This document shows positions 13,876-26,102 of a stretch of DNA of 64,000 nucleotides, piece after piece. The notes beneath the pieces were generated by a model. It made no database searches. It worked only from the letters and a program-made list of their open reading frames with translations, and was not told the DNA's origin. The stretch covers positions 13,642,001 through 13,706,000 of the forward strand of contig NC_045696.1 in assembly GCF_009834535.1 (NCBI RefSeq), read 5' to 3'. Position numbers and translations under genes: made by a program. The stretch is from Camelus ferus (Eukaryota). Each line of letters opens with the position of its first letter. Position 1 is the stretch's first letter.

Positions 13876-16324
13876 CAAAAAGAAATAAAGAAATAGCTTT
13901 AAAAATCATATTTTTACATGTTGCCATAAAATATTCAGCTTTCTTTTATTTTTTTTTGTTACCTTTAAATAAGCAATTTATTTGAGTTACCAAGATGCCA
14001 ACTTACATGAAGTTTAATGGCTATCCAGGCAGTTATTCAAATAATTTCTGCCAAAAAACATAGCTGGAGTTAGATATAGCATAACTTTATCAAACAGCAG
14101 GCAAGAACAAAATGTTAACATTACTGTATGCTTGGGAAATGATGAAGGAATAAAAGCTATCTGTTCAGCTCACTTGTGTGATGCTTAAATCATAGTATAG
14201 GAGGGTTTTTTGTACTTCTGCTGAAACTCAACAATTCCATTCACTGGCCAGTGCCACTTCAACACATGGCCAGGAAACTGACAGAAAGCCAGTTCCATTT
14301 TTCTCTTCTCAATTACTCTATTTCCCTCCATCCATTCAGAGCGTAACACCCTTGGAAGACTAAAATTTTATACTATAAATGCAAATTTCCAATTAAAAGT
14401 CTCTCTCCTTGTGACTCTGACATGTTTTTCTTATTTTCCCCATAAATTAGTGAACTTGTGGGCTTAACTTTTACATAATAGCTCCAAGGGTCTTACCACA
14501 TGTCATTTTGTCTGACAGTCTGGGGAAAAAAGCAGTTTGATTATTTTTCTATCAAAACAAAGAAGCAAAACCATCATTATATTTCCGGAAATAGCAGGCA
14601 TTGCACAGGCTGTAACGCAGCCTCAAGAGAGTTGAACAGCCTTGAGGTAGTTATTATTTTGCTTCGTTTTTGTATCATCCACAAATTCATTTCAGAGTGA
14701 TACAGCAGATTAGGGTTTTTCTTTTTTTCTTCCTTTGGAAAATGACAAATATGCTCTTTCCAAATAGATAAAAGAAGAGAAGTTCAGCTAATGGAACATT
14801 AACCGCTGACAAATTACAAATAGATTCATTCATTAATTAGTTTCTGTCCTGGATACACATAAAGCCATGTGAATAGATGTGCATGCTGAAACTAAGAAGC
14901 TATGAAAGGCAGTGCCATCCAGCACATGAAACTCTGTTCCAGGAATTCGGAAATGCAAGTGAACTCCCAATTCATGGGTGATACGGTGATTTGACACTGA
15001 ATCAGTTATAAAGGAATATTGACTATCTATCAGATGTTTGATCTACATGAAATAAACTGAACAATGTGTTCTATTTTTCACTGAAATATTTGAGGTTTAA
15101 TTTAAATTAGTTTATTTACCTTAAAGGCTTATTTAAATTGAAACATTTTGATTTAAGTTTGAAAAAAACCCTGTCATAGATACACATCTCTAACTTTGAG
15201 GTTAAACTTATAAAATACCCCCTCATTCTCTGTCCTCATATTATGTGAAGGATAGAAAGTTTCACTTCAGTGATATTTTTACTTTACTAGTAAATAGAAA
15301 ACATGAACATTTAGCCTGCATTTTTATATTTATCTCATGGTTCTGGGTAAAATTTTGCAACAGAAAAAAAATTGATATATAGTCACTGCATTTTCACTTC
15401 TTTGGCTTATTTTCGATTTTAGCCCTTTCACTGTCTCCAATGTCCAACTTAAACATAAAAGACAATCTCTTTTTAGCGGCAGAGATTTAAATTTCTTAGA
15501 ATATTTTTCATAGCATTAAAATTCCCACTCAAGTCTTATTACTCAACAAATTCACATTAACAAAGTATAATTTTGTGAGAGAGAACTGCATTCAACTATA
15601 CACCAGCCTGTTCTAGGTAAACTTGGGATGGTTTCCACACTACTTAGGTATATTATTCTAGTTGCCTTCAAAACTCACTCCTTTCAAGGTATGGAAAATT
15701 TCAATCAAAGACTAAAATCCTTACATGTTTACTTTCAAAACACCAGTAAAAGACATGACTGTACCATTTACATCTTCCCATTTCATCAACTACTCTTCTA
15801 CCCTGATAAGTCAATGAACCTTTCAAAAAAGGATTGGAATTCCATGACTCGTTGTGCAGAATCCCTGCCTTCTCTCACTTCCCAAAATAAATATTTCTCA
15901 GAAAAAAAAAAAAAATCCCCTCACCAAAATACAACATGAGATTATTTATGCTCTTTAAAAATTTACTTTCTTTTTTCCTTTACAGAGGATAAAAGTTTAT
16001 ATATGTTCCAAGATTTCAAATCAAATATGTGTATCTGACTGAGCTAAATTGTAAGAGAAATGCCAAATACCACATACCACACCAGGTGAAGATATTTTTG
16101 CTAATTTTTAAAGTAACAAGTGAAAGAGATTTCTACACAGATTTCCAGTCCTTATATAATCTCTAAAATTCTTTTTGGTTCAAGGTGTCACCCTTCCAGT
16201 CTATCAAGTCTTTTAACAAATAGTTAAATGTATTAAATTGATTTCCATGGATTTTCATTGCCCCAGTGTGTCATCATATAAAAATGTTAATGAAGCATGA
16301 AGCTGCCAAATAACAAGTTCAAGG

Positions 16325-16800
16325 ATATACTAATTTGGATGTGTTGGATGCACGCAATAAAAATCTCAACTCAAAGTATCTCACATGGTGAAGAAAATCC
16401 ATTAGTGCACGTTGAAGTTCTGTCAAAAGTGGACTGCTCCCATGTGGATAAATTTAGTGGCTCAATAACTTCATCAAGGACCCAAGTTTTTGCTATTTTT
16501 GTACTCTACCATATTTCATGGATTGGTTTTCTTTTCAAGGCAAACCTCCTTGTGATTTCAACTGCAGTCCATATGAAGACCTGACAAATCCCATGAGAAG
16601 AGAGGGCTATTTTTATCCAGTGTTCCATTTACGGGAGGTGTGGGGAGGCCAGACATCTTTCCCAGAAGCCTCTGCATTTTCCTCTGTGACTTTATTGACC
16701 CAAACTGCTCCTGAGTACTGACAAGCAGGAGGAGATGATCACAGCTTCCTGATGGCCATGCGGAAGACGGGTGGCTAAACAAAATGGATGCTCGGTAAGT
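16325..16800 (-). mobile_element. ERVL-MaLR LTR (MLT1J/K/L-like)
   Basis: gtggctcaataacttcatcaaggacccaag...tttcccagaagcctctgca...ttattgacccaaactg, reverse-complement MLT1 pattern. Confidence 0.65.
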
Positions 16801-17234
16801 AAGAAAGAGTGAACTGAGTATTTGTTGAGTGGGCACAACATTTAATAAGAGGCAGAGAAAGAAAATAGGGGATAAGCTTCAAACAACTGGACCATCTGAC
16901 TTTAAGGAGGTGTATGTAGTCATTCAGTTTGCCTTGTGGACCAGTCAGGTGGCTTCTTGCTGACTTGGTCACTATTCCAAACTTCTACCTGCCTGACTAT
17001 CCCTCATTCTACACTGCCTTATTTTATTCTATATTGCTTTAACTTACTATTTTAATTTCTTTAATACTTGTCTTTCCTCACCAAGCAGATCTTGAGCGTC
17101 CTGGGCTCACGGCATTATCTCCCTTGCCCCTTCCCTTCTCTTTCCTGACTCTCACTCTTATGCATCCCCCATTTTTATTTCTTAATGGCCACTTGCTTAT
17201 TTTGATACCTTGAGATTTTGGTGGATATTAAAGC

Positions 17235-17358
17235 TTTGTATGCCCTTGTCCAAAGATAGGAGTAAATTCTTTCATATATATTTTCTCTGAGTTTAGCACA
17301 ATGCCAAGTTCATTACAGGTTCTCAAAGAAATGCTTGTTGAAGAGTACATAAATGAAA
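17235..17358 (+). mobile_element. L2 3' terminal fragment
   Basis: tttagcacaatgccaag...ggttctcaaagaaatgcttgttgaa...aaatgaa. Confidence 0.6.
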
Positions 17359-18859
17359 GAGGCCAGCGAGTGGTGCTGTGGTGCCCATGCGGCATAGCAA
17401 TGAAAGAGGCTGCTTATTTATTTCTCCAGTAAGCCCAAATTTTGATGTTTTATGGTCTAAAAATTATCATGAAAATGTATCTTTATCTAAACTAAAACAG
17501 ACCCTTTAATACAAAATATACAATGTTGGTGTTTTAGTTATCCTAGTTGGTAGTAGTCTTCATAGAATACATGTTCTTGTCACCTTTTAGTCTTTCTGCC
17601 AAATAACTTACATTAAATATTAAAATAGGATAAGTACATTGTCTGCCTGATATATCTGAAAAGGGTTAAACACCTTGATTCCTTCATCTGAGAAGTCAAA
17701 ATATTTGTTCTTGATTTTTAGAAGGTAAGGTGCTTCACTCATCCTGAAAGTATCAATCGGTAAACAAATGGAAGAAAGAATATTGATGCCAGGTTAAATG
17801 TGAGGTATGAAAACCTGAGCTTTTCCTGTAAGGGAAGGAGTGTGCTTGGTTAGAGAAACAAGCATTTCTCATAAAGTTACCTAACAGCAGAGTCCAATCC
17901 AGTAACGGGTACATGACTCAGGCTGGATGTCACATCATGTAACTGGAAGCTGTTGGGCAGCTTCATCCCCGTTGGCAGGTGTTGTCGTCTTCAAACACTA
18001 AGGACAATGACACTTCTTAGGGACAGCTCTATTCCTCTGCTCCATCTCTCAGAACCTGCTCATCCTCAGGTCTTTTTCATCAATCTGCGTGTTTGTGATC
18101 CTTTCAAATAATATCAGGATGTACAGATGGAGGGCCAGATAGCTTGAGTTAACATTTCCATTTAAACTGAATTGACAGATGAATTTTACTGGAAGACTAT
18201 ACCTTCAGCTTGGATGCCTGTCTTCCCAGTGGGACTCTTGAATTCAAAAATGAACAGCGCTATCCAAGCATGATGTTTCTCTAACTTGATTCTCTTGTCC
18301 TCTCACTCCGCAGTCCTGACACAATGACAAGATAGAAAAAACGCTTCCCGTAAACAAAAGTTAATGGTTTCTGAATAAATGTTTTTATAGAATATCTTTC
18401 CTTTGTGTGGTTTACCAATAGAATATCCTTGGTCTTAAAAAGAAGCAATAGATTGCCTATAGGTTAATTATAGAATTGACACTTTCCAAAAGCTAAAATT
18501 CAGAAAATATTATATACCAATTTATGGATGGGAAATCAAAAAAATTGCTAAGATTTATGCTATCTTGAATAAATCTTATGACAAGGCACAGATACTCATT
18601 CACCTGGGGTTAATATTGAAGACTTTTCTACTATTGTTAATGAAGTCCTTGTTCAACCTAAGTCACAATAATAGTAGGAAAAAAATGTTCTTATGTTAAT
18701 GACTACTCCTCAAATAATTTGAAATCTTATAAAATCTTAAAAAATATATTAAAATAGACATAGCTGAATGATTAATTTTTAATTTAAAAATGTATACAAG
18801 TGTAGGGGTACTCTTATAAGAACTTTAGTTCTGTAAAATAAATGATGATAATAATTTAT

Positions 18860-18973
18860 TTAATTTTCTATAAAAGGGGAGATAATCCATATCTCACTGA
18901 AGGATGAATTAAATAGTGTATGGGAAGCACTTAAATGTTGCCTAATACACAGTTCATGCTCAAAAAATTGTTC
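18860..18973 (+). mobile_element. MIR 3' fragment
   Basis: tctataaaaggggagataat...gaaggatgaatta...aagcactta...tgcctaatacacag...gctcaaaaaattgtt. Confidence 0.6.
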
Positions 18974-18998
18974 AAAGATATTTTTCTGGTTCCTCCTC

Positions 18999-19491
18999 TG
19001 TGGTAGGCAGAATAATGGCTTCTACAGAGGTCCACAACCTAATTCCTGGAACCAGTAAATGTCACCTTATATGGAAGAAGGGACTTTGCAGATGTAATTA
19101 AATTAAAGATCTTGTAATAATGAGATTATCCTGAATTATCTGGGTGGGCCCAGTGTAGTCACAGGGGTCCTTTAAGAGGGAGGCAGGAGGATCAGAGTCA
19201 GAAAGAAGTCAATGTGATGACAAAGTGGAGGAAAACAGAGCCAGAGAGAAAAGACGCTGTGCCATTGGCTTTTCAGATGCAGTGATGGGACCATGAACCA
19301 AAAGGTGCAGTCAACCTCCAGAAACTGGAAAAAGGCAAGAAAACAACTTCTGTCTAGAATCTCCTTGCTCCATCTTGATTTTAGCCCTGTAAGACCCAAT
19401 TTTGGATTTAGGACTTCCAGAACGATAAGATAAATCTGCGTTGCTTTAAGGCATTATGTTATGATAATTTATTACAGCCACATTAGGAAAC
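18999..19491 (+). mobile_element. MLT1D-like ERVL-MaLR solo LTR
   Basis: Starts tgtggtaggcagaataatggc; contains gggactttgcagatgtaattaa and gagattatcctgaattatctgggtgggccc; ends attacagcc...aggaaac. Confidence 0.9.
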
Positions 19492-20567
19492 CCTCCTTTC
19501 TGTCAGTACTCTAAAATTTCTATGACAGTTTCTCAATTCTTCAGTATTAGGTATCTTCTCTGCCCGTGAGTCCCATTCACAAGCTGTGTCAGGCAATGGA
19601 CAAAGCCTTGTTCTATTGCTTTTTCAATACAAACAAGAGAAAATACAGGAAAGAAGGGATGGAGGGAGGAAAGAAAGAAGAAAAGAAGGAGCAAAAAAGT
19701 ATAGGATGGAAAGACAGCTCGAGTGAGCACTGTAATGAAAGTTAATGCAGCTTGATGAGAAAAGGTAAATTTTATTGCTATTAGTGAGAAAGATAAATTT
19801 CTATACAAATAGCTATTTCTGTGTCAAGCATAATCAAGTCTTAACTTGTATAAATGGTATCCAGCATTGCCTTAAGAAAAGAATGAGAGAAATAAAACAC
19901 CTGTGTTCTTGTTCTTCTAAGAAGGATGATGACAAGAATGATTCAGTCATTTCCAAAAAGTAATAGTCATTCTTCCAGAAAGGAGGTGGAGCCCCTACTT
20001 TTGTTTTCCAGAGGAACTCTACCAGTGTTAAATGTCATGGATTCTTATATTTTTGTTCTAAGAGGCATAATCCTTCTCAGTCTCAAAGTGGGAGCTGAGG
20101 TGATTTAGGAGACACTATCAGAAATAAAGTACTTCAAAAGATTAAAGAACAACCAGTGGCTCACTGTTTTGTTGCTTCACCAGCCTTGGGCCAGGACAAC
20201 TAATTCTGCATCCTTTCCACCAGGAGGCAACCTTTAGAGCCTTCTGAGTCATGCAGAAATCAGACTGCTTAGAATCCAAGTGAGTTGCAGCCTCCACACT
20301 TCCATTTCTCATGTGTCTGTCATCTCCTTGCTGATTGATTTCATTTAGCACTTGATTTTGCTTTTCATTTGTTCCCTTTAAGAGATGCATCTTTGTCATG
20401 GAATTGCTCTGCTTTGTCTGCCTGAGTCTCAGGGATGACGACACTGGCTCTTGATATATGTATTTTTTATATATGGAAAGCTTTCAGTGTGTTTGGTTAC
20501 ATACATTCAAAGAAAATGAAAGATACCTCATTTTAATGGTTTTGCATCTAAATCTATCTATGCCTTC

Positions 20568-21090
20568 CTGAATCAGTTAACTATTGCCGTGTAACAAACC
20601 AACTCAGTTTCATTGAGTTAAAGCCAAAGCATTTATTATTGCTCAGGAGTCAACAGGTCAGCTGGTTGGTTCTTCTGGACTTATCCAGGCTCAGGCATAC
20701 TTCTGGGGTCAGCTGTCAGGAGGGACTAGGTGGTTCTGCTGACCTTGGCTGGACCCTTTTACATATTGCAGAATCAGCTGGCTGCAGACAGATTTTGGAT
20801 GGCCTCTGCTGGGACAGCTGGGGTCTCTTCCACATGATCTTTTAGTCCATCAGGCAAGCCTGCATTTGTTTGCATGACAGGGGCAGAGTTCTGAAAGAGA
20901 CTGAATGCACTTGGGGCCACTGAAGTCTAGCTTGGACCTGTCATAGCTTGGACCTGCCACAACCTTATTTTCACTGCATTCAATTGGCTAAAACAAGTCA
21001 GCCTGAGGCAAGGAAATAAATTCCATTTCTTGATGGGAGGGGCTTCAAAAGGCCCCTGAGGGAGAGGTAAAGCATTGGGAATACTTTTAA
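20568..21090 (-). mobile_element. MLT1G/H-like ERVL-MaLR solo LTR
   Basis: tcagttaactattgccgtgtaacaaacc...catttattattgctca...attggctaaaacaagtca...tttcttgatgggagg. Confidence 0.8.
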
Positions 21091-21789
21091 AATTAAATGA
21101 ACACATTTTCCTATGTGTAAATGCTAGCTTGTGCCTTGTTGCTGCTTTAACAAAGAAAAGTTTCCCAAACTTGGACTCTTGCTTTAAACACTGAATTTGG
21201 TTCAATGGCTTTCACAATCCAGAGGTAAGTCTCTGAAAACATGGTCCACCGCTGAATTCTTGCTGATCAGATCTTCTACCAGATATGGTGGATCAGCTGC
21301 CTTCAAATAATAAAATAATAAATAAAAGAAATCTGATATGTGGATTCTAGTACTTTAAGTTCATCAGAATATACCTTTGCTTCTGCAGTGCCTTTTAGAT
21401 TTAAAAACAAAAACTGACACCCAAAGCCTTTGGTTCTTCTTCAAATTAGCAAAGAAGTGCACTCTTTGCTTGGTTTCAATGACAAGCTTCCTACGAATAT
21501 TACTTATTACTACTATTATTATAAGTTCTTTTGTCCATGGTCTGTTCCAGATAGGAACATTTCATTACCTCATGTATTCAATGAATAATTAAGCTGCTTC
21601 AGTTAATAAAGCCAGAGCATTTTGTAAGAAGAGTTGTGAAAGATTTGTTTTGTTTTGTTTTCCTCTCAGGACCTGGAGAGGTCATTAGCACCTAGAATAT
21701 CTACGTTGTGGAACTCAGTAATTTCTTCCTGGTTCAGAATGAATTTATCTTTTTTCTTTGATTGGTGTGAATTTTCTTCTCAGAGATTT

Positions 21790-22328
21790 TGAGACAGGAG
21801 GGAAGAGGGCAGGGCACAGCCATTAAAGGAATGACACAGCAATTGAAGATTCAGTAGACCTTGAGGTCCAAGAAGGTGGAAGATTTGACTTTCAGTAGAC
21901 CTTGGACTCCTTTATATGCACACTGTAATACATTAGCATGCTAAATGGCACTCCCACAAGAGCCATGAAAGTTTCAAGGCTGACCATAAAAGGTCAAAAA
22001 GTGGGTGATGGCCCAGTTCCTGGGATTCCCAGTCCCTTCCCCAAAGTAATTGGAATAATCCTCCGACTTGTTAGCATGTGAAGTGTCAGAGCCCATAAAA
22101 ACCAGCAACCCCCACACCTCGTGGTTGCTCTCTCGCCTTCTGAGATGGCCCGCACTCTGTCTATGGAGTATGTATTTCTCTGAATAAATCTACCTTCACT
22201 CTACTATGGCTCGCTCCTGGATTCTTTCCTGCGAGAAGCCAAAGACTCTCATTTAGCAGGGCACGTCCCAAGGACTCCACCGAGACCTGGGACACAGCCA
22301 TTCTCTTGCACCCCATTTTTCTGTATCA
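21790..22328 (+). mobile_element. ERV1 solo LTR, MER41-like (ungulate type)
   Basis: TG...CA termini (tgagacagg...tgtatca), TATA-like cataaaa, AATAAA at about 22183 and a MER41-type U5 (ctcgctcctggattctttcctgcgagaagccaa). Confidence 0.8.
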
Positions 22329-23781
22329 GTCTCAGGCATGCATTTTTCATCTGCTGTTTCAGGATGTTTTCTCTTAATAACAACATCAGCCTGGGTCTGT
22401 GTGCCCCCAGTTTCATCCCTGGCCTCTGTAGGCTTTCTGTAACTCTGAGTAATTTTTTTTTAAAGGAGCAAACAGTTCTACATAACTGTTGCACATTTAT
22501 TGCTCCAGAAATTTGTCATTTATTTCTCAGGAGGAAAATCTGCCTCTTTCCTCGAGGCTTCATAGAGGCTGCAGAGCACGTTGTTATGTAAAAATGAGAT
22601 AAAATGTCACCTAAGGGACTTGTAAATATTTTATAAACCCTTTCTTTGTCTTCCCCCTCTTTCCATATTTTCTTTAAGTATTTTTAGCTAGTAAAGTCTT
22701 ATTTTCAAATATTTATGCAAAAAACAGCTGGAAAAGACTTAGTTTAATTACAATGCATTCTTGTTAATAGCTTGTAAAAGGCCATTGGTCCCTCTGGGCT
22801 TTTCTTTGGTATTGCTTAATTACAGATACACTAGAAGGAAAGATTCCTCCGTTAACCAATGGGGATCTTTTTGATAAAGACTCCTAATCTTACAAAATGT
22901 CGCTTCTGAACTCCCCTTAAGTGGTTAAGGGGCTCTTGCTCCTTTATGAGGCAAATAATCCTGTACCCTGGTGACTGAACAATAAGAAACAGCTGCAGTG
23001 CATGTTCGAGCTCCTCACTCCTCCACCCCAACTCATTCCCCCAAACTAATTTCTTGAGAGAGGAAGCCCTGAAGTTATCCTAGCCAAAGGCACACGCATC
23101 TCAGATCCTTGCTTTCTTTTCTATCCTAGAGAAGTCTGAACAATCTCCCTTTCTCTTTGTTGAGCTGCCACTGAGAAACACTCACAGAGCCTTGTCTCCA
23201 CCGGGCCTCACTTACAGCTCTCGTCTTAAGAATTGACTCTTCCTCATCATAATTAGAGCTGACCTTTTTTGAGCTCTTGCTGTGTGCCAGGGAGAACAGT
23301 TCAATTGGATCTTTTGAGTACGTGCGTACTCAAAAGCCTCGCTTTAGGGTGAGATGTTGAGAAATCAGTTCCAAGTAAAGGGCAACCACTCCTTCACAGC
23401 TGCCTTATTTCTGCCAAACAGGCCTTTTGATTTCCTTCTGAAAAAGCTGTTTATTGTTCTGGTTATTTTTGTCGCCTTGCTAGGAGATGTAAAAGCTTCG
23501 CTGTCTGTGGTTCTGCAAGCTATGCTGGGAGGTGAAGTGTATCAGCTCTTTTGGTTAATTCTTCCCATCCTCCTTAGTCCAGACCTTTGCAGGGTGTTGC
23601 CAAGCAGGCTAGCCACCTCCTTCCTTGCAGCTCCTTTGCAGGCATTCCAGGCTGCTACCATCTACAATGTGCTTTGCCAACATTATCTCACCCACTTTCT
23701 TCCAAGCAGGGTTTTGTTTAATTTTCTTCTTCTCCTGATGCCTCCATCAACCTCTGAGCCAGCCCACATTCTCTTTGCAAT

Positions 23782-24195
23782 TGTGAAACTGTATATATCC
23801 CCTGCTGGACCAGTGTCTGCTTCACCTACACCCTCCTCACATGACTGACCTTCTTACATACTTGCCCCAGGCCCCAGCTAATGATTGGCCTAACTTTAGC
23901 CACCAAGGTATCTTATCGAAGGGGTGCTGAGGGGCTTGCCCCTCTGCTAATTTCTCTGGTAACCAAGGAACCAATCTGAGGTCAGTTCCCCCTACCCCTG
24001 CCCCTGGGAGCAAAGACTGCCACCATGTCCTGCCCCCCATCCACTGCATATGGTGGGGTGTCACTCCAGGACCTTGCTTCAGACATGTAATGTCCCCCTA
24101 TCCATTAAACCATTGATGTCGCTAACTCAGGGCTTTCTTCGCTCTTGAAGCTGGGCAGGTACAGGCCTTGCAGGTCTGCGGGGTGCAGCCCAGCA
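23782..24195 (+). mobile_element. ERVL solo LTR, MER74/MER73-like
   Basis: TG...CA termini, ATTAAA at about 24104 and terminal ggggtgcagcccagca typical of the MER74 group. Confidence 0.6.
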
Positions 24196-24215
24196 AGTCT
24201 CCAGGAGAGCAGAGG

Positions 24216-24402
24216 TAGGATCGCCCAATCTAGCAAATAAAAGTACAGGACACCCGGTTATATTTTAACATCAGATAAACAACACTTCTTTTTGTATAAG
24301 TATGCCCCATGTCATAGTGACGATATACTGTATTGGAGAAAGAATTTGTTTATCTGAAATAAAAATATAACTAGGTATCTTATAGCTTATCTGACAGTCT
24401 TA
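24216..24402. mobile_element. MER53 palindromic non-autonomous DNA transposon
   Basis: tagcaaataaaagtacaggacacccggtta...tcagataaacaa...ttgtttatctgaaat; internal inverted symmetry; length about 187 bp. Confidence 0.85.
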
Positions 24403-26102
24403 AGAGGGGTGTCTCACCTCCCTGCACAGGCAGGCTGCTATCTTTAAGTAGAACTTTCTCCGAGGTTTAGGATGCTCCCTTTCACATCTCTGGCAGTCCT
24501 AACCACCGAGAATGTATGAAAATGAACCCAAGGTAATTGTCCACTTCCTCGTAAACTTTTCATTTCTCTGGTAGCTCTTCAGTTATATTTCTTATCACTG
24601 TGTTCGATAAATTATAACATGTGCTTACCCTACGTGACCTTTCCTGGGGTTTTTTCTGAGACAGTAATAGCCTCAAGGCTAAAATCCATGCACTTAGAGA
24701 ACCGTATGTATTCATGTTGACACAGAATCCCTTTTGAAGTTCAGGTTCAATAGAAACAATCCTTTCATAGTTCAGGCAGTTTTACCAGAAGGGTAAGACA
24801 GGGATGTTGTTTCTTTTTCACTTATCTTAATTAATCTGGATTGCTTTCATTTAGCTTTGCACGTTCCTTCATGGAGCAAGTAAATGAGAGCATAGTTATA
24901 TAGTTACATGTGCAGATGGCGTGACTTGTCATGAAATAGAATGGACTTCATTGACAACTAGCCATGCCATTCAACTGCTGTCTGGAAAAAAAAAAAGGCA
25001 ATCAAGTATTCTAGAAACAATTTCATTTTTTTGGGTGAATGCTCTACATCATTTATCCAACTTTTATATCTAACTGCTTTCAACAACTAATGAATGTTTT
25101 CATTTATCTTTGAATTAATTGTGCAAGACTTTACTTTGGAGAAACACCTAAAATTTATATTGCTTACTATTTGGCAAGCTCTGGTTGTTAATAAGGTGTG
25201 TGTGCATTGTTTTTTTTAATGATCTAAGATAACTGGTTACATTGACTTTACATTTTTTCTCAAAGTTACCGCCACAGGCGCTGGTGCTGAGTTGAAAGGT
25301 CTTGAGTGGTTGTTGGATTGTTTGTTAAAAGTGAGGCCCAAGTTAGTTCGGGGTGACAGTTTAGACCCTGTTTGCAAGTCCTTCCTGGGATTCCTTGTGT
25401 GGAAGCATGGTGACTTCTGTTTAAAGTGTCTGCCTGCTGCAGGTTCCTCATGGTTCAGATTTCCATGTGGGATAATTTCATGTCCTCATAGGAAAATAGA
25501 CCCAAGAACTTGTCCCTACTTAACACTTTGCCAAAGCTCAGGCAAGAGAAATACCGTGAATCGACAAATAACACCTAATCCCCTATGATCCACACTCAGT
25601 CCGCATGGAAGCCAGAACAGTGAGGAACCTGGAATTTATCTAGGCCATTTTATATTTTTCCACTAAATTGGCATCCTCACCTTGTCACACTTTGTTTTTT
25701 CTTGTGCAGATAACTCCCAAAGAAACAGTTACGTGAATCACGGTCATATTTACCACCAGAATATTGATAGGGTGTTGTACGTTCCATTACTCAATGTCTT
25801 CCATTTACAGAGACATAGATTTATTTCTCTTGGATCCTCATACCAAGATAAACTATGTTTCTCCTTGGAAATCCATTTGTTTTTATCTTCTGAATACTGT
25901 GAATCTGATGACATGTTTACATGTCTTCAACGGTTGCTGGAAAGCTCAGAGCAAATTTTGCAGATGTTGAGCAAAATTTAGCTCAGAGCTAAAATCATTT
26001 TTAGCCTTAGGTACAGCACCCAAGGCATGCTTTTTTTTGACACTAATCTCATCTCAGGTTTCATTTTACTTTATTTTCTTTTTGTTCTAATTTTCTCACC
26101 AA

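Noticed and set aside
23354..23848. Longest ORF (164 aa), hydrophobic and membrane-protein-like
   Set aside because: Its composition follows pyrimidine-rich DNA, it runs into an ERVL LTR, and it has no recognisable domain or exon structure.
25268..25286. CTCF-like sequence ccgccacaggcgctgg
   Set aside because: Requires a gap or several mismatches against the CTCF core.
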